A stretch of 64,000 nt of DNA from contig OZ242372.1 in NCBI GenBank assembly GCA_965209035.1, positions 1,568,001 to 1,632,000 on the forward strand, written 5' to 3'. Position 1 is the stretch's first letter, and every line of letters starts with the position of its first letter. The notes beneath the pieces were generated by a model. It did no database searches. It worked only from the letters and a program-made list of their open reading frames with translations, and was not told where the DNA came from. The position numbers were made by a program, and so were the translations under genes. Shown one piece after another: positions 51,279 to 60,648 of the stretch. Source of the DNA: Gammaproteobacteria bacterium (GTDB taxonomy: Bacteria > Pseudomonadota > Gammaproteobacteria > CBDBNL01 > JAAOII01).

Positions 51279-52406
51279 TTATTTGGTCGCAAGTTTTGTC
51301 AGACGCCGGAAGGCGGTACCGTTTGTGTCAAACAAATGGCAATCTTCCGCGGAGACACCCAGGGTGATTTTCTTGCCCGCATCAAAATCCAAATCGTCGC
51401 CAATTTCGGCGGTGAACTGCGTTGCATTGCCTTTGAGGTGCACATAAACATAAGAAAGACCGCCGAGTTTTTCCACGACTTCCGCCTCGCCCGGAAAGGT
51501 TAGGACGCCTTTGCCAAGGACATTCAGATGTTTTGGTCTGATGCCCAGAGTCAGTTCATCCCCGACCTTGTACGCATTTTTTGTGGCGTTACCGGGGCCG
51601 GGGACGACAGGCAAGGTTGCCTGTTGTCTTCCCAGTTTCACCCGGGTTTGCTTGGCATCTCCGCCCGCGTATTTCACGGAAATAAAATTCATCTTCGGCG
51701 AGCCGATAAATCCCGCAACAAAACGATTGCACGGGTAATGATACAACTCCAAAGGCGAGCCAACCTGTTGCAGATAGCCGGCATTTAAGACAACGATCTG
51801 ATCCGCCATGGTCATGGCTTCCACCTGATCGTGGGTCACATAGATCATCGTGGTATTTAATTGCTTGTGTAACTTGGCGATCTGCACGCGCATATCCACT
51901 CGCAATTCGGCATCCAGGTTTGAGAGGGGCTCGTCAAACAAAAATACCTGCGGTTGTCGCACAATCGCCCGGCCAATGGCGACACGCTGCCTTTGGCCGC
52001 CGGACAGAGCGCCGGGTTTGCGATCCAATAACTGTTCCAATTGTAAGATGCGAGCCGCATCCAATACCTTCTCGTTAATTTGCTCTTTCGGCTGCTTTGC
52101 CATACGCAAACTGAAACTCATGTTCTGTTCCACCGTCATATGGGGATAAAGCGCGTAAGATTGAAAGACCATCGCGATGCCGCGTTCGGCGGGCGGGATA
52201 TCGTTCATCCGTGTGTCGCCGATCGAGATATCACCGTCGGTTACATCCGTTAACCCGGCGACGATCCGTAGTAGAGTGGACTTACCGCAACCGGAAGGAC
52301 CCACAAACACAACAAACTCACCATCCTTAATATCCAAATCTATGGATTCTAGGACGGAAGTATCTCCAAATTTTTTGGAAATTTTCTGTAAATTGACTGA
52401 TGCCAT
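51279..52406 (-). CDS. Sugar ABC transporter ATP-binding protein (MalK/UgpC family)
   Basis: GPSGCGKST, VFQSYALYPH, LSGGQRQR, DEPLSNLD, FVAGFIGSP. Confidence 0.95.
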   Translation of the reverse strand: MASVNLQKISKKFGDTSVLESIDLDIKDGEFVVFVGPSGCGKSTLLRIVAGLTDVTDGDISIGDTRMNDIPPAERGIAMVFQSYALYPHMTVEQNMSFSLRMAKQPKEQINEKVLDAARILQLEQLLDRKPGALSGGQRQRVAIGRAIVRQPQVFLFDEPLSNLDAELRVDMRVQIAKLHKQLNTTMIYVTHDQVEAMTMADQIVVLNAGYLQQVGSPLELYHYPCNRFVAGFIGSPKMNFISVKYAGGDAKQTRVKLGRQQATLPVVPGPGNATKNAYKVGDELTLGIRPKHLNVLGKGVLTFPGEAEVVEKLGGLSYVYVHLKGNATQFTAEIGDDLDFDAGKKITLGVSAEDCHLFDTNGTAFRRLTKLATK

Positions 52407-52446
52407 TTTTTCCTCTGTTTTTGTTAAATATCAATAATTTGTATTA

Positions 52447-52741
52447 TTATACGGATTTTACACCTAATAATTCAAAATTGTGCCGGAAGTTTTTCTTTCC
52501 AAAGTCAAGTTGTCAAGTTATAAACGAATATCGGCAATGCCGAGCGGGCTGGGAGCATTCGGTTTATATTATCCCGTCCGGTTTGGGACTCTTACTGTGT
52601 TTGTCCGAACCGGAGAGAATGATTGACGGGTATCATGGGGTGGTTTGAAACTATCTCAAAGTGACAGGTCAATGTGTTTAAACTTCAAATCAGAAGCGAC
52701 TTCCCAATCCAAAAATAAAGAAAGACCGAACCGCAACATAT
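52447..52741 (+). repeat. 295-bp target-site duplication, left copy (right copy 53171-53465)
   Basis: Identical except C/T at 52535/53259. Confidence 0.92.
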
Positions 52742-53170
52742 CTTGACTTCGGAAAGAAATTTTTAGATTTTTAAAAACTCCTGTATTTATAAGGGTTTTT
52801 TGAGGTTTTTTATAGAGTATAATATAGAGTACATTATGCATATTCGTGAAATGATTGGAAAAAAAGAGCAAGATCTGTCGGTATTTAATCATGCCAAGGC
52901 AGTCGTTATGACGAAGAAAATTCTAAAAAAAGCGGGAAATTTCAAAACGACCATTCACCATCCAACGCAATTCCATCGGAAACTATTACAGAAACCCGCA
53001 CAAACCCACGCCGTGACAGCAACGTATTCTACAGGTAGTTCAATAACAACTCAAACAACCCGCTTTGTTCAATAACTGGCACTAAGGGCAAAGCAAGGGC
53101 TTGTAGTGTATAAAAACTGCCCGCAAACCCTTATAAAATAAGGGTTTTTTCAAAAGTTTCCGAAGTCAAG
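52742..53170 (+). mobile_element. Internally deleted, non-autonomous IS1634 derivative (429 bp)
   Basis: Same IRs as 45439-47409; degenerate transposase start (MHIREM vs MRIREI) and end. Confidence 0.9.
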
Positions 53171-53408
53171 TTATACGGATTTTACACCTAATAATTCAAA
53201 ATTGTGCCGGAAGTTTTTCTTTCCAAAGTCAAGTTGTCAAGTTATAAACGAATATCGGTAATGCCGAGCGGGCTGGGAGCATTCGGTTTATATTATCCCG
53301 TCCGGTTTGGGACTCTTACTGTGTTTGTCCGAACCGGAGAGAATGATTGACGGGTATCATGGGGTGGTTTGAAACTATCTCAAAGTGACAGGTCAATGTG
53401 TTTAAACT

Positions 53409-54512
53409 TCAAATCAGAAGCGACTTCCCAATCCAAAAATAAAGAAAGACCGAACCGCAACATATTACTCCAATCCAAATCCAACCCAGCCATTTCCAAA
53501 TACCTCGAAAATGAATTTGCCGCCAATAAACCCATTCTAGCAGAGCTTGCCCTCGACGTTCAATCATGTGATGGTAATTCATATAAACATAAAAATAACC
53601 AATCATAATCCAGATAATCCATAAGTTAAGAGTAATAAAAAAATTAGAGTAAGACCCCAACAGGCCCAACAGAAATGGAGGGTAAATGAACTCAGTGATA
53701 AAAGATAAAATAGGTGTCAGAGGGGATTCGGCTACAATCTCTGGTGCTAAAACCCCAAATGCAGTCAATATCCCGTAAATCCATCGTCTGGTCGTTAATC
53801 TTTGTTCAGATTCTGCATCCCCTCTTTCAACTGCGGCTTCCGCAGATTCTCGCATAATTTGATAATTAAGATTTAAAGGTCTAAAGCCATCATCGATCTG
53901 CTTATCTTTGCCTAATTTTTTATTGACAGCATTCCCCAGTTTTTTGATGAGAACTTGTAGACTGCCAATATATGCTAAAAACCCTAATAAGTGTTTTCTT
54001 CCGGTGGGGTCGGACTCCATCTGGATATAGCGTCGTGTTAATCTGTAAAATACGCGACGCAAACATTCCAATTTATATTTTTCTTCGGAACTGTCATCCG
54101 GCATGGAGTGAAGAGAAGATAAGCAATCATCTGTTTCAGAATGATGAGAATGTGCATGAAAAACATCCTTAATGAAATAAAATAGCTGATTGGCAAGGTG
54201 CTTGGGTGGGTCCTTCTTATCCGCATTATTTTCCAAATTCTCTTGCGTGTGACCGGAGCATTGAAAATTATCCATCTTTATTATTCCTTGGCGTTCTAAT
54301 TCAAAATCAGTAGAAACACCTTTAACCTTCCTGTCTTTGTTATTGGTAAACTCTTTTATTCTATTTTGTAACTTACCCAAAAAATCATTCATCCGGTTTA
54401 TCAACTGCTCGTCGTTTATTGAGTTTTCTTGCATTTTTTGCATTTTTTGCATCTCTTTTACATACTTCTTAAGAAGATTTTTCCTCCGACGATGATGCAT
54501 CACAAAAAACAC
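53409..54512 (-). CDS. AT-rich hypothetical membrane protein with His cluster (possibly the C-terminal half of a frameshifted gene)
   Basis: FYFIKDVFHAHSHH; several C-terminal TM helices. Confidence 0.6.
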   Translation of the reverse strand: MFFVMHHRRRKNLLKKYVKEMQKMQKMQENSINDEQLINRMNDFLGKLQNRIKEFTNNKDRKVKGVSTDFELERQGIIKMDNFQCSGHTQENLENNADKKDPPKHLANQLFYFIKDVFHAHSHHSETDDCLSSLHSMPDDSSEEKYKLECLRRVFYRLTRRYIQMESDPTGRKHLLGFLAYIGSLQVLIKKLGNAVNKKLGKDKQIDDGFRPLNLNYQIMRESAEAAVERGDAESEQRLTTRRWIYGILTAFGVLAPEIVAESPLTPILSFITEFIYPPFLLGLLGSYSNFFITLNLWIIWIMIGYFYVYMNYHHMIERRGQALLEWVYWRQIHFRGIWKWLGWIWIGVICCGSVFLYFWIGKSLLI

Positions 54513-55150
54513 TGTCCCCTGAATTGACTCAACACCTTGGCATGATTTCTGGCTCGTTTTATCCGGCGGTGAAATGTAGTGACCAAAATAAAAAGCAAAA
54601 TAAGGAATTTTCGGATAAAATATTTTTCTTTTGCACCAAAAATATAAATAATAATAGGAGTTTCTAATTTTTTATACCACTTTCGTGAAAAAAGAACCAG
54701 GCAAGAAATAAAAAGAACCGGGAAAGCCCAAGAAAGTAAAAAAGACGAAAGAATAAACTGATGAATATGAATAGAAATAAGATAAAGAGGAAAAAGCCAC
54801 GAAATAGAAACTAACAAATAAATATAAGGAAACAACGGGCTAACTCCGTCGAAATTATCTCTCTCTTGGCATACAAAAGATAAAACAAAACCTTTGTTAT
54901 CATCTTCTTTGTTTGTTGCGGTTTGATCTTCCGGATTACCCGTATCTCTATTTACCAGTTGAGAAAGGTGTTTATGTTGTTTGGGATCAATACTGTGATA
55001 CGGTATCTTGTCAGAAAAGACCGTCACCTGCATATCAGTATTGCTTCTGCGACCTGCAGTTTTAAAAGACATAGCACCGCTTGCATTTGGAATCCAACCA
55101 TACCACTTTTTTCTCATATAACTTGAGGCTTTTTTTACATCATTTTTCAT
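54500..55150 (-). CDS. AT-rich hypothetical membrane protein (possibly the N-terminal half)
   Basis: GWIPNASGAMSF, about 3 TM helices; overlaps the next ORF at a T6 run. Confidence 0.55.
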   Translation of the reverse strand: MKNDVKKASSYMRKKWYGWIPNASGAMSFKTAGRRSNTDMQVTVFSDKIPYHSIDPKQHKHLSQLVNRDTGNPEDQTATNKEDDNKGFVLSFVCQERDNFDGVSPLFPYIYLLVSISWLFPLYLISIHIHQFILSSFLLSWAFPVLFISCLVLFSRKWYKKLETPIIIYIFGAKEKYFIRKFLILLFILVTTFHRRIKRARNHAKVLSQFRGQCFL

Positions 55151-55494
55151 TCGGTGTCTTAAACTCCGCTTACAATCATTTCGCTATCCGAGCACAAATA
55201 ATATTTAATTTCAATTTGATGAGGATCTCTAAACCGTAAAGAAAAACGCGAATGCACTTTTGACAGTGGTATTTTCCATGTCAAAGATGCTTATTATACG
55301 GGCAAGTATTGATTCTCTATGGAAGCAATCCTTTCGCATCCCGAACGAGATAACAACTTGACCTTACATCCCATAAAAAGATGTAAAATTATCTCCTTAT
55401 GAAAAGATGGATAATGTGCTTTTTCTTTGTTTTATTTTAGAGATATCCGAACAATATCTTATTAGACATCTAGATATCCGGACATCCTTAGGGT

Positions 55495-55821
55495 TTAGGC
55501 ATCCCGAGTCCCGCTGGCAATGAGCCCGTCATCCGGGCGCGAACATTCTTTTATTTCGACTTCACCGGTTTTTCGATCCACAAGAACATAAAGACCACTC
55601 TTAATGCGATCGTGTTTTTGAGAACATTGGCCGAGAACCACATTTGAGCGCATTCTTTTGGATGAACCGGATGTGATGATTTCACGTATTGTTCTAATTG
55701 CATTCTTATCTTCGTAAAATACGCTGTCTATAAAGTCACGCACAAACAAGAAGAATATAAATAAGGTGACAAAGGCTCCTATAAAATACAGAAGGCCTAA
55801 TAATAAAGTTATAGTAGTCAT
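55495..55821 (-). CDS. Hypothetical single-TM protein
   Basis: 108-aa ORF in the AT-rich island with an N-terminal TM helix. Confidence 0.5.
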   Translation of the reverse strand: MTTITLLLGLLYFIGAFVTLFIFFLFVRDFIDSVFYEDKNAIRTIREIITSGSSKRMRSNVVLGQCSQKHDRIKSGLYVLVDRKTGEVEIKECSRPDDGLIASGTRDA

Positions 55822-56085
55822 AGTGATTAATGTAGATTGTTAAAAATAGTAATAAGAAAAACTATTATAAAACAGAAAAAGGCATGTGTTTCAATAAAGT
55901 ACAAAATTGTATGTTTTGCTAAATTTTTCTTTTTTTGCGTTATTTGCCTTTTTTAATGATAAAATTAACTTAATTACTTTACATATGGCTTGTTGTAACT
56001 TAAATCAGTGTCTTTATTCAACAGCTAATACTATCCCTTTTCCAAAATAATGTTTATTGGGTAACTTGAATTCAAGTAGTTAAGA

Positions 56086-56121
56086 TTTTTAAAAATCCAA
56101 AATTTTCTTTCCGAAGTCAAA
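56086..56121 (-). mobile_element. Isolated, inverted IS1634 left end
   Basis: Reverse complement matches CTTGACTTCGGAAAGAAATTTTTAGATTTTTAAAAA at 33/36. Confidence 0.85.
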
Positions 56122-56184
56122 TTATACCGATTTCACACCAAATAATTCAAAATTGTGCCGGAAGTTTTTCTTTCCGTAGTCAGG
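56122..56184 (+). repeat. 63-bp diverged direct repeat of 52447-52509
   Basis: 57/63 identical by eye. Confidence 0.85.
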
Positions 56185-56200
56185 CTGTTAGATTGCCGGG

Positions 56201-57178
56201 TTAGTTATTAGTTAAAAGCCGTTTGGGAGATCCGGCAAAAAAACCCTCAATATTTTCCATCGTCTGTCGGTACGCATTGTTGAGTGCGGTCATGCTGGTC
56301 CAGGCGGTATGCGGCGTGATGAGCAGGCAGTCTTCGTTTGCCAGACTCAGCAGCGGGTTGGTTGCCGGCGGCGGTTCCGTCGCCAAAACATCCAAGCCGG
56401 CGCCGGCAATCCGTTTTTGATGCAGGGCTCTTGCGAGTGCCGCTTCGTCCACCAGCGCACCGCGGGCGGTGTTAATTAAAAATGCGGTCTTTTTCATTAG
56501 CGACAGTTCGGCATCTCCGATCATCTTGTCGTTTTGCGGGTTGTGAGGGCAGTGCAGACTGATAATATCCGCGGTGCTTAACACCTCCGTGAACGGCAGA
56601 TAACCGGGGCGGCAGTTGGTCACACCTTTGCGTTCGGCAAAGACGGCACGCATCCCGATAGCCTGCGCCAATTCCGCCAGGCCGCGGCCAAGTTTGCCAC
56701 GCCCGATGATGCCGATTGTGCCGCCTTGCAGGTCTTCTATCGGTTCGTCAAACAGTACAAAATGTCTGTTCTGTTGCCATTCGCCGGCTGCGATGCGCCT
56801 GCGGTATGCGGGCAGCCGTCTTCTCAGGGCGAATATCAACGCAAGGGTATGCTCCGCCAGGCTGCGGGTGGTGTAATCGCGAATATTGGCAACGGCGACG
56901 GAATGCTTGCGGCAGTATGCCAGATCAATGTTGTTGCTGCCCGTAGCTACCAGGCTAATTAATTTCAGGTGTTTGGCGTTGCTCAGATTCGCGGAACGGA
57001 GAACGGACTTGTTGACTACGGCAATATCGGCGTCCGCCAGGCGTTCCGTAATTTCCGCATCGGAACTAAACGGGTATTCCTTCCATTCGCCGACGCATGC
57101 GGGGGGCGTCCATTCGATGTAAGACGGGAAGGTTCCCCGGTCCAGAAAAACAGCACGCAGTTTTTGGTCGGACGGCAT
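56201..57178 (-). CDS. hprA: D-2-hydroxyacid dehydrogenase (glycerate dehydrogenase/hydroxypyruvate reductase-like)
   Basis: ATGSNNID, GIIGRGKLG, SLHCP, INTARG, DVLATEPP, TPHTAW. Confidence 0.85.
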   Translation of the reverse strand: MPSDQKLRAVFLDRGTFPSYIEWTPPACVGEWKEYPFSSDAEITERLADADIAVVNKSVLRSANLSNAKHLKLISLVATGSNNIDLAYCRKHSVAVANIRDYTTRSLAEHTLALIFALRRRLPAYRRRIAAGEWQQNRHFVLFDEPIEDLQGGTIGIIGRGKLGRGLAELAQAIGMRAVFAERKGVTNCRPGYLPFTEVLSTADIISLHCPHNPQNDKMIGDAELSLMKKTAFLINTARGALVDEAALARALHQKRIAGAGLDVLATEPPPATNPLLSLANEDCLLITPHTAWTSMTALNNAYRQTMENIEGFFAGSPKRLLTNN

Positions 57179-57271
57179 TTACGGGTGTCTCTATTTAAGA
57201 ATATGTAAGGGTATGTAAGAATATGTAAGAAAGAACGAAAAGACGGGAAGTCGCCGCCAACTCCGCTATTG

Positions 57272-60196
57272 CTACGACTCGTAGTCTTCCGGCAGGGGGC
57301 AGGAGCAGATCAGGTTGCGGTCGCCGTACACATTGTCTATGCGGTTGACCGGGCAAAGATACTTGTCCTCGGTCAAGTAAGGCAAGGGATAAAACGCATC
57401 TTTCTTGGAATATTGATGACTCCAATCGGCGTAAAGATCTGCCAGCGTATGGGGGGAGTTTGTCAGCGGGTTGTCTTTTGCATCCCACTCTCCGCTTTCC
57501 ACCCGGGCAATCTCCCGGCGAATATGGATCATCGCATCGCAGAATCTGTCCAGTTCCGCCTTGCTCTCGCTTTCGGTTGGCTCCACCATCAGGGTGCCCG
57601 CTACGGGGAAGGACATGGTCGGCGCGTGAAAGCCGTAGTCAATCAACCGTTTGGCGATATCCTCTTCGGTAATACCGCTGTCCGCTTTGAGGGGGCGGAT
57701 ATCCAGGATGCATTCGTGCGCGCAATAGCCGTTTTTGTTGGTGTAAAGAATAGGATAGTGCGGTTCAAGTCGTTTGCGAATGTAGTTGGCACTGAGAAGT
57801 GCCAACTCGGTTGCCCGGCGCAGCCCGCTTTCTCCCATCATCTTGATATACGCCCAAGAAATCGGCAGAATACTCGCACTTCCGTAGGGGGCGGCCGAAA
57901 CGCAGTTTGTGCTGTCGGTATCGGTGAACCTGTGCCGAGGCAGAAACTCCGCCAAATGCTCCGCCACGCCGATGGGTCCCATGCCGGGCCCGCCGCCGCC
58001 GTGCGGAATACAAAAGGTTTTGTGCAGGTTAATATGACAGACATCCGCGCCCAGATCTTGCGGACGGGCGACGCCAACCATCGCATTGAGGTTGGCGCCG
58101 TCCATGTAAACCTGCCCGCCGTGTTGGTGCACCGTGTCGCAGATTTCGCGGATTGTATCTTCAAAAACGCCGTGTGTGGAAGGGTAGGTAATCATCAGAG
58201 CGGCCAGTTCGTTTGAATGTGCCGCAGCTTTTTCTTTGAGTTGCACCAGGTCCGCATTTCCGTTTTTGTCACACCCGATGATGACGGGACGCATCCCCGC
58301 CAGCACTGTACTTGCCGGGTTGGTGCCGTGTGCCGAAGAAGGGATCAGGCAAACTTTGCGCTGTTTTTGGCCGTTGCGCGCATGATAAGAACGAATGGCG
58401 AGGAGACCCGCATACTCGCCCTGGGCGCCGGAATTCGGCTGAAAACTGATACGGAAAAAGCCGGTAATCTTGCACAGCATATCATTCAATTCCGCGATGA
58501 ATTCCCGATAGCCTTCGGTTTGTTCGGCGGGCGCAAACGGGTGCAAACCGTTGACAGTCTCCCAGCCGATCGGTATCATTTCGGCGGCGGCATTGAGTTT
58601 CATCGTGCAGGATCCCAGTGGGATCATGGTCCGGTCCAGCCCGATATCTTTTTGTTGCAGGCGACGCAAATACCGCATCATCTCGGTTTCCGTCCTGTGT
58701 GTGTTGAATGCCGGATGGGTCAGAATTTCATCCTGCCGCAAATACTCGGTCGGCAGGGCATAGGCTGCCGCTGCTTCCCGTGCAAGGGCGCGCATGTCTG
58801 GCGGGGCTTGATTCTTTGCCTCCGCAAAAATACGCAGAAGCTGTTCAATGTGCGACAACTCGGTGGTTTCATTTAAACTCAACGCCAGCCGCTCGTCGTC
58901 AACCCGACGCAGGTTATAGCCGCTGGCGCGGGCGCGCAGATACGCTTGCTCGCCGGCTTTTATTATCAGAGTATCAAAGAAGGCGGTGTTTAGCGGGGCA
59001 TAGCCGGCGTCAATTTTTGTTAACCCTTGGGCAAGAAGGCGAGTTTGGTCGTTCACCCGTTTTGCAATTCGCCTCAGGCCTTGCGGACCGTGATAGGCCG
59101 CATAAAGAAATGCCATGTTTGCCAACAACACCTGGGCTGTGCAAATATTGCTGGTGGCTTTTTCGCGCCGAATGTGCTGTTCCCTGGTTTGCAAGGACAT
59201 CCGCAATGCCTGCTTGCCTTTGAGATCGCGCGAAACGCCAATCAGTCGGCCGGGCATCAGGCGCTTGTAAGCGTCTTTGACCGCAAAGAACGCGGCATGG
59301 GGGCCGCCATAACCGAGCGGAACGCCGAAACGCTGCGAGTTGCCGTAAACAACATCCGCCCCGACGGCACCCGGTGCCGCCAACAGAACCTGTGCCAAGG
59401 GGTCGCAGCCGACGGCAAGCAATGCCCCGTGCTCATGGGCGGCGGCGGCGGCTGTGGCAATCTCTTTGGGAGAAATCACTTCGCCGTCTTGCGTCGGCGA
59501 TTGCATCAAAAGACCAAAATAGTCACCCGCTTGGGGAAGGTAATCTTCCCGCAAGTTGCCGATGGTCAGTTCAATGCCAAGGTGTTGGGCGCGCGTCGCC
59601 ACCACATCCAGCACATGCCCAAAACAGCGTGCGTCGGCAAAGAATTTGGCGGAGGAGTTCTTGGATGCCCTGCGTATTAATTGCATTCCTTCGGCGGCGG
59701 CGGTCGCCTCATCCAGCAGAGAAGCATTTGCATAATCCGTTCCGGTGAGGTCCGTGATCATTTGCTGAAACCCGAGCAGCAATTCCAACCGACCCTGAGA
59801 AATCTCCGCCTGATAAGGAGTGTAGGCGGTGTACCAGCCGGGATTTTCCAAAAAACAACGCCGAATGACCGGCGGCACAAGGCAGTCGTGATAGCCGAGA
59901 CCGATTAAACTGACGGCGTTCCGGTTTTTGTTGGTTATCTTTTGCAGCTGCCTTAACATAGTATGCTCGTCGCAAGGTTCTCCCAGACCGAGTTCGCCGG
60001 TAAAGCGGATGTCCGCGGGAACCGCGTGTTGCAGGAGTTCTTCGGTGTTGTGCAGACCCAGAGTGCCCAGCATTTCCGCACCGGCTTGTGCATCCGCACC
60101 CAGATGGCGCGGAACAAACTGTTCCCGCGGCGAATCTAACATCCCTTCGCGTTCGGCGTCGGGATTCTTGATCTGCCGGCTTTGCGGATTAGGCAT
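57272..60196 (-). CDS. gcvP: Glycine dehydrogenase (decarboxylating), P protein
   Basis: YTPYQAEISQGRLE, TREQHIRREKATSNICTAQ, NLHKTFCIPHGGGGPG; start trimmed to 60196. Confidence 0.97.
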   Translation of the reverse strand: MPNPQSRQIKNPDAEREGMLDSPREQFVPRHLGADAQAGAEMLGTLGLHNTEELLQHAVPADIRFTGELGLGEPCDEHTMLRQLQKITNKNRNAVSLIGLGYHDCLVPPVIRRCFLENPGWYTAYTPYQAEISQGRLELLLGFQQMITDLTGTDYANASLLDEATAAAEGMQLIRRASKNSSAKFFADARCFGHVLDVVATRAQHLGIELTIGNLREDYLPQAGDYFGLLMQSPTQDGEVISPKEIATAAAAAHEHGALLAVGCDPLAQVLLAAPGAVGADVVYGNSQRFGVPLGYGGPHAAFFAVKDAYKRLMPGRLIGVSRDLKGKQALRMSLQTREQHIRREKATSNICTAQVLLANMAFLYAAYHGPQGLRRIAKRVNDQTRLLAQGLTKIDAGYAPLNTAFFDTLIIKAGEQAYLRARASGYNLRRVDDERLALSLNETTELSHIEQLLRIFAEAKNQAPPDMRALAREAAAAYALPTEYLRQDEILTHPAFNTHRTETEMMRYLRRLQQKDIGLDRTMIPLGSCTMKLNAAAEMIPIGWETVNGLHPFAPAEQTEGYREFIAELNDMLCKITGFFRISFQPNSGAQGEYAGLLAIRSYHARNGQKQRKVCLIPSSAHGTNPASTVLAGMRPVIIGCDKNGNADLVQLKEKAAAHSNELAALMITYPSTHGVFEDTIREICDTVHQHGGQVYMDGANLNAMVGVARPQDLGADVCHINLHKTFCIPHGGGGPGMGPIGVAEHLAEFLPRHRFTDTDSTNCVSAAPYGSASILPISWAYIKMMGESGLRRATELALLSANYIRKRLEPHYPILYTNKNGYCAHECILDIRPLKADSGITEEDIAKRLIDYGFHAPTMSFPVAGTLMVEPTESESKAELDRFCDAMIHIRREIARVESGEWDAKDNPLTNSPHTLADLYADWSHQYSKKDAFYPLPYLTEDKYLCPVNRIDNVYGDRNLICSCPLPEDYES

Positions 60197-60207
60197 ACCG
60201 GAAGTCT

Positions 60208-60597
60208 TCAAGATTCTGTGAACTCTTTGTATTCTTCTTCCGTTAGGAGTTTCTCGGTGGCCGCCATATCCCCTTGCATCCGAAACAACCAACCATTTTC
60301 ATAGGGCGAGTCGTTTACAAGAGCCGGATTGTTTGCCAGATCCTCGTTGATTGCGGTGATATGGCCGGTTAGCGGAGCATAGATGTCCGAAGCCGCTTTG
60401 ACGGATTCGATCACCGCCACCGTGTCGCCTCGGGCAACCTGTGCCGTAATCTGTGGCAGATCCACAAAAACAATTTCACCCAACTGCTCCTGAGCGTGTT
60501 GGGTAATTCCAATCACCAAGTCGTCGTTATCTTCGTCCCGAAGGATCCACTCATGACTCTCGGTGTACTTGATCAGATTATTTGAAGGTTTTTTCAT
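60208..60597 (-). CDS. gcvH: Glycine cleavage system H protein
   Basis: YTESHEW, ESVKAASD lipoyl-Lys motif, PYENGW. Confidence 0.96.
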   Translation of the reverse strand: MKKPSNNLIKYTESHEWILRDEDNDDLVIGITQHAQEQLGEIVFVDLPQITAQVARGDTVAVIESVKAASDIYAPLTGHITAINEDLANNPALVNDSPYENGWLFRMQGDMAATEKLLTEEEYKEFTES

Positions 60598-60648
60598 AAT
60601 AGTTTTGTTTGTTGAAGTAATAAAAATTGCCGGCGGCACCGCCGCCGG

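Noticed and set aside
52519-52568. Integron attC site
   Set aside because: Ends do not fit RYYYAAC/GTTRRRY and no integron integrase is present.
45280-53465. 159- and 295-bp repeats as assembly artefacts
   Set aside because: They abut the IRs exactly on both sides, one pair has a mismatch, and long TSDs are established for this family; read validation is still advisable.
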